NCBI GenBank assembly: GCA_009914755.4
Contig: CP086569.2
Coordinates: 28,352,001-28,416,000 of the forward strand
Length of the DNA stretch: 64,000 nucleotides
Direction of reading: 5' to 3'
From: the human T2T-CHM13v2.0 reference genome, Homo sapiens
Within the stretch, counting starts at the first letter, position 1, and every line of letters starts with the position of its first letter. A model generated the notes under the pieces. The model was given only the letters and a program-made list of their open reading frames with translations, was not told the origin of the DNA and did not search any database. The translations under genes and the position numbers were made by a program. This document shows positions 28,298-42,478 of the stretch, piece by piece.

Positions 28298-31200
28298 AAT
28301 CGAATGGAAAGTAATCCAATGGAATAGAATCTAATGCAATAAAATCGACTCAGATAGAGTGGAATGTAATGGAATGGAGTGCAGTGCAATGGAATGGAAT
28401 GGAATGGAATGCAATGGAATGGAATGGAATGGAATGGAATGGAATGGAATGGGATGGAATGGTATGGAATGGATAGTAATGGACTGGAGTGAAATGGACT
28501 GGAAAGGAATGAACTCAAATTGAAAGGGCTCGAAAGGAATGGAGTCAAATTGAATGGTCTGGAATGGAATGAACACGAATGTAATGCAATCCAATAGAAT
28601 GGAATCGAATGGCATGGAATATAAAGAAATGGAATCGAAGAGAATGGAAACAAATGGAATGGAATTGAATGGAATGGAATTGAATGGAATGGGAACGAAT
28701 GGAGTGAAATTGTATGCAGTAGAAGAGAATAGAATGGAATGCAAGCGAAAGGAAAGGAATGGATTGGAATGGAATGGAATTCATTGGAATGGAAGGGAAT
28801 GTAGTGTAATGGACAGGCCTGGAATAAAGTGGAATGCTACGGTCTCGAATGGAATAAAAATGTATGGAATGGAATGCAATGAAACGGAATCGAATGTCAT
28901 AGAATGTAATGGAATGCAAAAAAATGGACTCCTAAATCATTGACTGGAAAGGCTGGGTGTCGAAAGGAATTGACTCCAATGGAATGGAATCGAATGGAAT
29001 GGAAGTGAATAGAATCGAACTAAATCGCATGGAATGGAATTGATACTAACGGAATGGAAAGGAATGCAATGATTTGGCATGGAATGGAATCGAATGGCAT
29101 CGAATGGAATGGAAGGGAATGCAATGGAATGGAATGTATTAGAATGTAATGAACTTTAATGGAATGTACTCGAATGGATTCGACTGGAATGGAATGTTCT
29201 GGAAGTGAATGGACTCCAATGGAATGGATTGAAAAGGAATGGAATCGTACGGAATGGAATCTAATGGAATGGAATTAAATGGAAATGAATGAAATTGAAT
29301 AGCACGGAATTGAATTGAATGGAATCGAATGCAATGGAATCTAATGAAACGGAAAGGAAAGGAATGGAATGGAATGGAATGGGCTGGAATGGAAAGGAAT
29401 CGAAACGAGTGGAATGGAATCGAACTGAAGAGACTGGAATGGAATGCACTGGAATGGAAGGGAGTGTAATGGAAGGTTCTCGACAAAAATGGAATCGAAT
29501 GGAATGGAATTGAATGGAACGGAATAGAGTCGAATGGAATTGAATGGAATGGAATGGACTAGAGTGAAATGGAATCGAACCACAAGGAATGGACAGGAAT
29601 AGAATGGTCTCGAATTGAATGGAATCGTATGGAATGGCATCAAACGGAATGGAATGGACAGCCACGGAATGGAATGCACTCGAATGCAATGGAGTCGAAA
29701 CTAATGGACTGGAATAGAATGGACTCGACTGGTACGGACTCCAATGGAATGGAATCGAATGGAAGGGAATCGAACGGAATGGACTCGAAGGGAAAAGACT
29801 GCAATGGAAAGGTCTCGAATGGAATGGAAATTAATGGAATGGAATGGAATCGAATGAAATGGAGTCAAAAGGAATGGAATCGAATGGCAAGAAATCGAAT
29901 GTAATGGAATCGCAAGGAATTGATGTGAACGGAACGGAATGGAATGGAATCCAAAGGAATGGAATAGAATGGAATGGAATCGAATGGAAAGGACTCGAAT
30001 GGAAATCACTCGAATAGAATGCAATTTAATAAAATAGGATGAAATGTAATGGAATGGAATGGAAAGGAATCGAAACGAAAGGAATGGAGACAGATGGAAT
30101 GGAATGGAACAGAGAGCAATGGTATAGAATGGAATGGAATCATCTGGAATGGAATTGAATGGAATGGAATAATATGAAATGGAATGGAATGGAATGGAAT
30201 GCCCTTGAATTAAATGGACTGGAATGGAATGGACTCGAACAGAGTGGAATGGAAAGTCTTGAGATAGAATGGAATGGACTCCTTTGGAATGGTCTAGTAT
30301 GCAATGTAATCGACTGGCAGGGAATCAAAAGGAATGTAATCGAATGGATTGGACTGGAATGCAATGGACTCGAATAGATTGGAAACGGAATGCAAAGGAA
30401 TGGAATGGAATAGTATGGAATGGAATGGAAAGGAATGGAGTGGAATAGACTAGAGTGGAATGGAATGGACTCGAAAGCAATGGACTGGAATGGAACTTTC
30501 TTGAATGGACTGGAATCAAACGGAATGGAATGCAATGCAATCAAATGGCATGGAATAAAATAGAATGAAAGAGAATCAAATGGAATTGAATCGAATGGAA
30601 TCGAATGGATTGGAAAGGAATAGAATGGAATGGAATGGAATTGACTCAAATGGAATGGACTAGAATGGAATGGATTCGAAAGGAAGGCAAAGGAATGGAA
30701 TCTATTGGAATGGACTGCAATGGAATGGAAAGGAAGGGATTGGAATGGACTCGAATGGAATGGACTGCAATAGAAAGGATTCGAATGGAATGAAAAAGAA
30801 TTGAATGGAATAGAACAGAATGGAATCAAATCGAATGAAATGGAATGGAATAGAAAGGAATCGAATGAAATGGAATGGAAAGGATTCGAATGGAATGCAA
30901 TCGAATGGAATGCAATCGAACGGAATGGAATAAAATAGAAGAAAACTGGCAACAAATGGAATCGAAATGAATGGAGTGTTATGGAACGGACTCCAAAGGT
31001 ATTGAATGTAATAGAATGGAGTGGAGTGGACTCGAATATAATGGACTGGAATGGAATGAAATCACATGGAATGGGAACGAATGGAATTTAATGGAAAGGA
31101 ATGGAATCGAATGGAAAGGAATCGAATGGAAGGGAATGAAATTGAATCAACAGGAATGGAAGGGAATAGAATAGACGGTAATGGAATGGACTCGAATAGA

Positions 31201-31851
31201 ATGGACACGAATGCTCAAATTGAATGGACTCGAATGGAATGGAAACGAAAGGAATGTCATCGAATGGAGTTGAATCGATTGGAATGAAATCGCATAGAAT
31301 GCAGTGGAATCAAATGGAATTGAATCGAAAGGAAAGGAAGCGAATGGACTGAAATGAAATGGAATGGAATTGAATGGAAAGTAATGCAATGGAATAGAAT
31401 GGAACGAAATTTCACGGAATGGAATCAAACTGAATGGAATCAAATCAATGGAATATAATCAAATGGAATGGAAAGGAATTGAATGGAGTAGATGGGATTG
31501 GATGGGATTGGAATGAAATGTACTGGAAAGGACTCGAATTTCATGAAACGGAATGGAATGAATTGGAACGGAATGGACTCGAATGGAATGGAATGTCATG
31601 GAATGGCATCAAATGGAATGGCATCAAATGGAATGGAATCGAATGCAATGGAATGCTATGGAACGGAATGGAATGCATTGGAATGGAATGTCCTCTAATG
31701 GAATGGATTCGAGTGGAATGGAATCGAATATAATGGAGTCGAATGAAATGGAATTGAAAGGAATGGGATCGAATACAATGGAATATACTGGAATGTAATG
31801 TAATGAAGTCGAATGTAATTGACTGGAATGGAATGTACATGAATGGAATGT
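28298..31851 (+). repeat. HOR copy 9 (3554 bp)
   Basis: Anchor motif at 28298. Confidence 0.85.
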
Positions 31852-34800
31852 AATCGAATGGAAAGTAATCCAATGGAATAGAATCTCATGCAATAAAATC
31901 GACTCAGATAGAGTAGAATGTAATGGAATGGAGTGCAGTGCAATGGAATGGAATGGAATGGAATGCAATGGAATGGAATGGAATGGAATGGAATGGGATG
32001 GAATGGTATGGAATGGATAGTAATGGACTGGAGTGAAATGGACTGGAAAGGAATGGACTCAAATTGAAAGGGCTCGAAAGGAATGGAGTCAAATGGAATG
32101 GTCTGGAATGGAATGAACACGAATGTAATGCAATCCAATAGAATGGAATCGAATGGCATGGAATATAAAGAAATGGAATCGAAGAGAATGGAAACAAATG
32201 GAATGGAATTGAATGGAATGGAATTGAATGGAATGGGAACGAATGGAGTGAAATTGTATGCAGTAGAAGAGAATAGAATGGAATGCAAGCGAAAGGAAAG
32301 GAATGGATTGGAATGGAATGGAATTCATTGGAATGGAAGGGAATGTAGTGTAATGGACAGGCCTGGAATAAAGTGGAATGCTACGGTCTCGAATGGAATA
32401 AAAATGTATGGAATGGAATGCAATGAAACGGAATCGAATGTCATAGAATGTAATGGAATGCAAAAAAATGGACTCCTAAATCATTGACTGGAAAGGCTGG
32501 GTGTCGAAAGGAATTGACTCCAATGGAATGGAATCGAATGGAATGGAAGTGAATAGAATCGAACTAAATCGCATGGAATGGAATTGATAGGAACGGAATG
32601 GAAAGGAATGCAATGATTTGGCATGGAATGGAATCGAATGTCATCGAATGGAATGGAATGGAATGCAATGGAATGGAATGTATTAGAATGTAATGAACTT
32701 TAATGGAATGTACTCGAATGGATTCGACTGGAATGGAATGTTCTGGAAGTGAATGGACTCCAATGGAATGGATTGAAAAGGAATGGAATCGTACGGAATG
32801 GAATCTAATGGAATGGAATTAAATGGAAATGAATCAAATTGAATGGCACGGAATTGAATTGAATGGAATCGAATGCGATGGAATCTAATGAAACGGAAAG
32901 GAAAGGAATGGAATGGAATGGAATGGGCTGGAATAGAAAGGAATCGAAACGAATGGAATGGAATCGAACTGAAGAGACTGGAATGGAATGCACTGGAATG
33001 GAAGGGAGTGTAATGGAATGTTCTCAAAAAAAATGGAATCGAATGGAATGGAATTGAATGGAACGGAATAGAGTCGAATGGAATTGAATGGAATGGAATG
33101 GACTAGAGTGAAATGGAATCGAACCACAAGGAATGGACAGGAAGAGAATGGTCTCGAATTGAATGGAATCGTATGGAATGGCATCAAACGGAATGGAATG
33201 GACAGCCACGGAATGGAATGCACTCGAATGCAATGGAGTCGAAACTAATGGACTGGAATAGAATGGACTCGACTGGTACGGACTCCAATGGAATGGAATC
33301 GAATGGAAGGGAATCGAACGGAATGGACTCGAAGGGAAAAGACTGCAATGGAAAGGTCTCGAATGGAATGGAAATTAATGGAATGGAATGGAATCGAATG
33401 AAATGGAGTCAAAAGGAATGGAATCGAATGGCAAGAAATCGAATGTAATGGAATCGCAAGGAATTGATGTGAACGGAACGGAATGGAATGGAATCCAAAG
33501 AAATGGAATAGAATGGAATGGAATCGAATGGAAAGGACTCGAATGGAAATCACTCGAATAGAATGCAATTTAATAAAATAGGATGAAATGTAATGGAATG
33601 GAATGGAAAGGAATCGAAACGAAAGGAATGGAGACAGATGGAATGGAATGGAACAGAGAGCAATGGTATAGAATGGAATGGAATCATCTGTAATGGAATT
33701 GAATGGAATGGAATAATATGAAATGGAATGGAGTGGAATGGAATGCCCTTGAATTAAATGGACTGGAATGGAATGGACTCGAACAGAGTGGAATGGAAAG
33801 TGTTGAGATAGAATGGAATGGACTCCTTTGGAATGGTCTTGTATGCAATGCAATGGACTGGCAGGGAATCAAAAGGAATGTAATCGAATGGATTGGACTG
33901 GAATGCAATGGACTCGAATAGATTGGAAACGGAATGCAAAGGAATGGAATGGAATAGTATGGAATGGAATGGAAAGGAATGGAGTGGAATAGACTAGAGT
34001 GGAATGGAATGGACTCGAAAGCAATGGACTGGAATGGAACTTTCTTGAATGGACTGGAATCAAACGGAATGGAATGCAATGCAATCAAATGGCATGGAAT
34101 AAAACAGAATGAAAGAGAATCAAATGGAATTGAATCGAATGGAATCGAATGGATTGGAAAGGAATAGAGTGGAATGGAATGGAATTGACTCAAATGGAAT
34201 GGACTAGAATGGAATGGATTCGAATGGAAGGCAAAGGAATGGAATCTATTGGAATGGACAGCAATGGAATGGAAAGGAAGGGATTGGAATGGACTCGAAT
34301 GGAATGGACTGCAATAGAAAAGATTCGAATGGAATGAAAAAGAATTGAATGGAATAGAACAGAATGGAATCAAATCGAATGAAATGGAATGGAATAGAAA
34401 GGAATGGAATGAAATGGAATGGAAAGTATTCGAATGGAATGCAATCGAATGGAATGGAATCGAACGGAATGGAATAAAATGGAAGAAAACTGGCAAGAAA
34501 TGGAATCGAAATGAATGGAGTGTTATGGAACGGACTCAAAAGGAATTGAATGTAATAGAATGGAGTGGAGTGGACTCGAATATAATGGACTGGAATGGAA
34601 TGAAATCACATGGAATGGGAACGAATGGAATGGAATGGAAAGGAATGGAATCGAATGGAAAGGAATCGAATGGAAGGGAATGAAATTGAATCAACAGGAA
34701 TGGAAGGGAATAGAATAGACGGTAATGGAATGGACTCGAATAGAATGGACACGAATGCTCAAATTGAATGGACTCGAATGGAATGGAAACGAAAGGAATG

Positions 34801-35395
34801 TCATCGAATGGAATTGAATCGATTGGAATGAAATCGCATAGAATGGAGTGGAATCAAATGGAATTGAATCGAAAGGAAAGGAAGCGAATGGACTGAAATG
34901 AAATGGAATGGAATTGAATGGAAAGTAATGCAATGGAATAGAATGGAACGAAATTTCACGGAATGGAATCAAACTGAATGGAATCAAATCAATGGAATAT
35001 AATCAAATGGAATGGAAAGGAATTGAATGGAGTAGATGGGATTGGATGGGATTGGAATGAAATGTACTGGAAAGGACTCGAATTTCATGAAACGGAATGG
35101 AATGAATTGGAACGGAATGGACTCGAATGGAATGGAATGTCATGGAATGGCATCAAATGGAATGGCATCAAATGGAATGGAATCGAATGCAATGGAATGC
35201 TATGGAATGGAATGGAATGCATTGGAATGGAATGTCCTCTAATGGAATGGATTCGAGTGGAATGGAATCGAATATAATGGAGTCGAATGAAATGGAATTG
35301 AAAGGAATGGGATCGAATACAATGGAATATACTGGAATGTAATGTAATGAAGTCGAATGTAATTGACTGGAATGGAATGTAAATGAATGGAATGT
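31852..35395 (+). repeat. HOR copy 10 (3544 bp)
   Basis: Anchor motif at 31852 (variant aatctcatgc). Confidence 0.85.
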
Positions 35396-38300
35396 AATCG
35401 AATGGAAAGTAATCCAATGGAATAGAATCTAATGCAATAAAATCGACTCAGATAGAGTAGAATGTAATGGAATGGAGTGCAGTGCAATGGAATGGAATGG
35501 AATGGAATGCAATGGAATGGAATGGCATGGAATGGAATGGAATGGGATGGAATGGTATGGAATGGATAGTAATGGACTGGAGTGAAATGGACTGGAAAGG
35601 AATGAACTCAAATTGAAAGGGCTCGAAAGGAATGGAGTCAAATGGAATGGTCTGGAATGGAATGAACACGAATGTAATGCAATCCAATAGAATGGAATCG
35701 AATGGCATGGAATATAAAGAAATGGAATCGAAGAGAATGGAAACAAATGGAATGGAATTGAATGGAATGGAATTGAATGGAATGGGAACGAATGGAGTGA
35801 AATTGTATGCAGTAGAAGAGAATAGAATGGAATGCAAGCGAAAGGAAAGGAATGGATTGGAATGGAATGGAATTCATTGGAATGGAAGGGAATGTAGTGT
35901 AATGGACAGGCCTGGAATAAAGTGGAATGCTATGGTCTCGAATGGAATAAAAATGTATGGAATGGAATGCAATGAAACGGAATCGAATGTCATAGAATGT
36001 AATGGAATGCAAAAAAATGGACTCCTAAATCATTGACTGGAAAGGCTGGGTGTCGAAAGGAATTGACTCCAATGGAATGGAATCGAATGGAATGGAAGTG
36101 AATAGAATCGAACTAAATCGCATGGAATGGAATTGATAGGAACGGAATGGAAAGGAATGCAATGATTTGGCATGGAATGGAATCGAATGGCATCGAATGG
36201 AATGGAATGGAATGCAATGGAATGGAATGTATTAGAATGTAATGAACTTTAATGGAATGTACTCGAATGGATTCGACTGGAATGGAATGTTCTGGAAGTG
36301 AATGGACTCCAATGGAATGGATTGAAAAGGAATGGAATCGTACGGAATGGAATCTAATGGAATGGAATTAAATGGAAATGAATCAAATTGAATAGCACGG
36401 AATTGAATTGAATGGAATCGAATGCGATGGAATCTAATGAAACGGAAAGGAAAGGAATGGAATGGAATGGAATGGGCTGGAATGGAAAGGAATCGAAACG
36501 AGTGGAATGGAATCGAACTGAAGAGACTGGAATGGAATGCACTGGAATGGAAGGGAGTGTAATGGAAGGTTCTCGAAAAAAATGGAATCGAATGGAATGG
36601 AATTGAATGGAACGGAATAGAGTCGAATGGATTTGAATGGAATGGAATGGACTAGAGTGAAATGGAATCGAACCACAAGGAATGGACAGGAATAGAATGG
36701 TCTCGAATTGAATGGAATCGTATGGAATGGCATCAAACGGAATGGAATGCACTCGAATGCAATGGAGTCGAAACTAATGGACTGGAATAGAATGGACTCG
36801 ACTGGTACGGACTCCAATGGAATGGAATCGAATGGAAGGGAATCGAACGGAATGGACTCGAAGGGAAAAGACTGCAATGGAAAGGTCTCGAATGGAATGG
36901 AAATTAATGGAATGGAATGGAATCGAATGAAATGGAGTCAAAAGGAATGGAATCGAATGGCAAGAAATCGAATGTAATGGAATCGCAAGGAATTGATGTG
37001 AACGGAACGGAATGGAATGGAATCCAAAGGAATGGAATAGAATGGAATGGAATCGAATGGAAAGGACTCGAATGGAAATCACTCGAATAGAATGCAATTT
37101 AATAAAATAGGATGAAATGTAATGGAATGGAATGGAAAGGAATCGAAACGAAAGGAATGGAGACAGATGGAATGGAATGGAACAGAGAGCAATGGTATAG
37201 AATGGAATGGAATCATCTGGAATGGAATTGAATGGAATGGAATAATATGAAATGGAATGGAATGGAATGGAATGGAATGCCCTTGAATTAAATGGACTGG
37301 AATGGAATGGACTCGAACAGAGTGGAATGGAAAGTGTTGAGATAGAATGGAATGGACTCCTTTGGAATGGTCTAGTATGCAATGCAATGGACTGGCAGGG
37401 AATCAAAAGGAATGTAATCGAATGGATTGGACTGGAATGCAATGGAATCGAATAGATTGGAAACGGAATGCAAAGGAATGGAATGGAATAGTATGGAATG
37501 GAATGGAAAGGAATGGAGTGGAATAGACTAGAGTGGAATGGAATGGACTCGAAAGCAATGGACTGGAATGGAACTTTCTTGAATGGACTGGAATCAAACG
37601 GAATGGAATGCAATGCAATCAAATGGCATGGAATAAAACTGAATGAAAGAGAATCAAATGGAATTGAATCGAATGGAATCGAATGGATTGGAAAGGAATA
37701 GAGTGGAATGGAATGGAATTGACTCAAATGGAATGGACTAGAATGGAATGGATTCGAATGGAAGGCAAAGGAATGGAATCTATTGGAATGGACTGCAATG
37801 GAATGGAAAGGAAGGGATTGGAATGGACTCGAATGGAATGGACTGCAATAGAAAGGATTCGAATGGAATGAAAAAGAATTGAATGGAATAGAACAGAATG
37901 GAATCAAATCGAATGAAATGGAATGGAATAGAAAGGAATGGAATGAAATGGAATGGAAAGGATTCGAATGGAATGCAATCGAATGGAATGGAATCGAACG
38001 GAATGGAATAAAATGGAAGAAAACTGGCAAGAAATGGAATCGAAATGAATGGAGTGTTATGGAACGGACTCAAAAGGAATTGAATGTAATAGAATGGAGT
38101 GGAGTGGACTCGAATATAATGGACTGGAATGGAATGAAATCACATGGAATGGGAACGAATGGAATGGAATGGAAAGGAATGGAATCGAATGGAAAGGAAT
38201 CGAATGGAAGGGAATGAAATTGAATCAACAGGAATGGAAGGGAATAGAATAGACGGTAATGGAATGGACTCGAATAGAATGGACACGAATGCTCAAATTG

Positions 38301-38929
38301 AATGGACTCGAATGGAATGGAAACGAAAGGAATGTCATCGAATGGAATTGAATCGATTGGAATGAAATCGCATAGAATGGAGTGGAATCAAATGGAATTG
38401 AATCGAAAGGAAAGGAAGCGAATGGACTGAAATGAAATGGAATGGAATTGAATGGAAAGTAATGCAATGGAATAGAATGGAACGAAATTTCACGGAATGG
38501 AATCAAACTGAATGGAATCAAATCAATGGAATATAATCAAATGGAATGGAAAGGAATTGAATGGAGTAGATGGGATTGGATGGGATTGGAATGAAATGTA
38601 CTGGAAAGGACTCGAATTTCATGAAACGGAATGGAATGAATTGGAACGGAATGGACTCGAATGGAATGGAATGTCATGGAATGGCATCAAATGGAATGGC
38701 ATCAAATGGAATGGAATCGAATGCAATGGAATGCTATGGAATGGAACGGAATGCATTGGAATGGAATGTCCTCTAATGGAATGGATTCGAGTGGAATGGA
38801 ATCGAATATAATGGAGTCGAATGAAATGGAATTGAAAGGAATGGGATCGAATACAATGGAATATACTGGAATGTAATGTAATGAAGTGGAATGTAATTGA
38901 CTGGAATGGAATGTACATGAATGGAATGT
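35396..38929 (+). repeat. HOR copy 11 (3534 bp; 20-bp deletion allele)
   Basis: Anchor motif at 35396. Confidence 0.85.
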
Positions 38930-41900
38930 AATCGAATGGAAAGTAATCCAATGGAATAGAATCTAATGCAATAAAATCGACTCAGATAGAGTAGAATGTT
39001 ATGGAATGGAGTGCAGTGCAATGGAATGGAATGGAATGGAATGCAATGGAATGGAATGGAATGGAATGGAATGGAATGGGATGGAATGGTATGGAATGGA
39101 TAGTAATGGACTGGAGTGAAATGGACTGGAAAGGAATGGACTCAAATTGAAAGGGCTCGAAAGGAATGGAGTCAAATGGAATGGTCTGGAATGGAATGAA
39201 CACGAATGTAATGCAATCCAATAGAATGGAATCGAATGGCATGGAATATAAAGAAATGGAATCGAAAAGAATGGAAATAAATGGAATGGAATTGAATGGA
39301 ATGGAATTGAATGGAATGGGAACGAATGGAGTGAAATTGTATGCAGTAGAAGAGAATAGAATGGAATGCAAGCGAAAGGAAAGGAATGGATTGGAATGGA
39401 ATGGAATTCATTGGAATGGAAGGGAATGTAGTGTAATGGACAGGCCTGGAATAAAGTGGAATGCTACGGTCTCGAATGGAATAAAAATGTATGGAATGGA
39501 ATGCAATGAAACGGAATCGAATGTCATAGAATGTAATGGAATGCAAAAAAATGGACTCCAAAATCATTGACTGGAAAGGCTGGGTGTCGAAAGGAATTGA
39601 CTCCAATGGAATGGAATCGAATGGAATGGAAGTGAATAGAATCGAACTAAATCGAATGGAATGGAATTGATAGGAACGGAATGGAAAGGAATGCAATGAT
39701 TTGGCATGGAATGGAATCGAATGGCATCGAATGGAATGGAATGGAATGCAATGCAATGGAATGTATTAGAATGTAATGAACTTTAATGGAATGTACTCGA
39801 ATGGATTCGACTGGAATGGAATGTTCTGGAAGTGAATGGACTCCAATGGAATGGATTGAAAAGGAATGGAATCGTACGGAATGGAATCTAATGGAATGGA
39901 ATTAAATGGAAATGAATCAAATTGAATAGCACGGAATTGAATTGAATGGAATCGAATGCAATGGAATCTAATGAAATGGAAATGATAGGAATGGAATGGA
40001 ATGGAATGGGCTGGAATAGAAAGGAATCGAAACGAATGGAATGGAATCGAACTGAAGAGACTGGAATGGAATGCACTGGAATGGAAGGGAGTGTAATGGA
40101 ATGTTCTCGAAAAAAATGGAATCGAATGGAATGGAATTGAATGGAACGGAATAGAGTCGAATGGAATTGAATGGAATGGAATGGACTAGAGTGAAATGGA
40201 ATCGAACCACAAGGAATGGACAGGAAGAGAATGGTCTCGAATTGAATGGAATCGTATGGAATGGCATCAAACGGAATGGAATGGACAGCCACGGAATGGA
40301 ATGCACTCGAATGCAATGGAGTCGAAACTAATGGACTGGAATAGAATGGACTCGACTGGTACGGACTCCAATGGAATGGATTCGAATGGAAGGGAATCGA
40401 ACGGAATGGACTCGAAGGGAAAAGACTGCAATGGAAAGGTCTCGAATGGAATGGAAATTAGTGGAATGGAATGGAATCCAATGAAATGGAGTCAAAAGGA
40501 ATGGAATCGAATGGCAAGAAATCGAATGTAATGGAATCGCAAGGAATTGATGTGAACGGAACGGAATGGAATGGAATCCAAAGGAATGGAATAGAATGGA
40601 ATGGAATCGAATGGAAAGAACTCGAATGGAAATCACTCGAATAGAATGCAATTTAATAAAATAAGATCAAATGTAATGTAATGGAATGGAAAGGAATCGA
40701 AACGAAAGGAATGGAGACAGATGGAATGGAATGGAACAGAGAGCAATGGTATAGAATGGAATGGAATCATCTGGAATGGAATTGAATGGAATGGAATAAT
40801 ATGAAATGGAATGGAATGGAATGGAATGCCCTTGAATTAAATGGACTGGAATGGAATGGACTCGAACAGAGTGGAATGGAAAGTGTTGAGATAGAATGGA
40901 ATGGACTCCTTTGGAATGGTCTAGTATGCAATGCAATGGACTGGCAGGGAATCAAAAGGAATGTAATCGAATGGATTGGACTGGAATGCAATGGACTCGA
41001 ATAGATTGGAAACGGAATGCAAAGGAATGGAATGGAATAGTATGGAATGGAATGGAAAGGAATGGAGTGGAATAGACTAGAGTGGAATGGAATGGACTCG
41101 AAAGCAATGGACTGGAATGGAACTTTCTTGAATGGACTGGAATCAAACGGAATGGAATGCAATGCAATCAAATGGCATGGAATAAAACAGAATGAAAGAG
41201 AATCAAATGGAATTGAATCGAATGGAATCGAATGGATTGGAAAGGAATAGAGTGGAATGGAATGGAATTGACTCAAATGGAATGGACTAGAATGGAATGG
41301 ATTCGAATGGAAGGCAAAGGAATGGAATCTATTGGAATGGACAGCAATGGAATGGAAAGGAAGGGATTGGAATGGACTCGAATGGAATGGACTGCAATAG
41401 AAAGGATTCGAATGGAATGAAAAAGAATTGAATGGAATAGAACAGAATGGAATCAAATCGAATGAAATGGAATGGAATAGAAAGGAATGGAATGAAATGG
41501 AATGGAAAGGATTCGAATGGAATGCAATCGAATGGAATGGAATCGAACGGAATGGAATAAAATGGAAGCAAACTGGCAAGAAATGGAATCGAAATGAATG
41601 GAGTGTTATGGAACGGACTCCAAAGGAATTGAATGTAATAGAATGGAGTGGAGTGGACTCGAATATAATGGACTGGAATGGAATGAAATCACATGGAATG
41701 GGAACGAATGGAATGGAATGGAAAGGAATGGAATCGAATGGAAAGGAATCGAATGGAAGGGAATGAAATTGAATCAACAGGAATGGAAGGGAATAGAATA
41801 GACGGTAATGGAATGGACTCGAATAGAATGGACACGAATGCTCAAATTGAATGGACTCGAATGGAATGGAAACGAAAGGAATGTCATCGAATGGAATTGA

Positions 41901-42478
41901 ATCGATTGGAATGAAATGGCATAGAATGGAGTGGAATCAAATGGAATTGAATCGAAAGGAAAGGAAGCGAATGGACTGAAATGAAATGGAATGGAATTGA
42001 ATGGAAAGTAAAGCAATGGAATAGAATGGAACGAAATTTCACGGAATGGAATCAAACTGAATGGAATCAAATCAATGGAATATAATCAAATGGAATGGAA
42101 AGGAATTGAATGGAGTAGATGGGATTGGATGGGATTGGAATGAAATGTACTGGAAAGGACTCGAATTTCATGAAACGGAATGGAATGAATTGGAACGGAA
42201 TGGAATCGAATGGAATGGAATGTCATGGAATGGCATCAAATGGAATGGCATCAAATGGAATGGAATCGAATGCAATGGAATGCAATGGAATGGAATGGAA
42301 TGCATTGGAATAGAATGTCCTCTAATGGAATGGATTCGAGTGGAATGGAATCGAATATAATGGAGTCGAATGAAATGGAATTGAAAGGAATGGGATCGAA
42401 TACAATGGAATATACTGGAATGTAATGTAATGAACTCGAATGTAATTGACTGGAATGGAATGTACATGAATGGAATGT
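38930..42478 (+). repeat. HOR copy 12 (3549 bp)
   Basis: Anchor motif at 38930. Confidence 0.85.
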
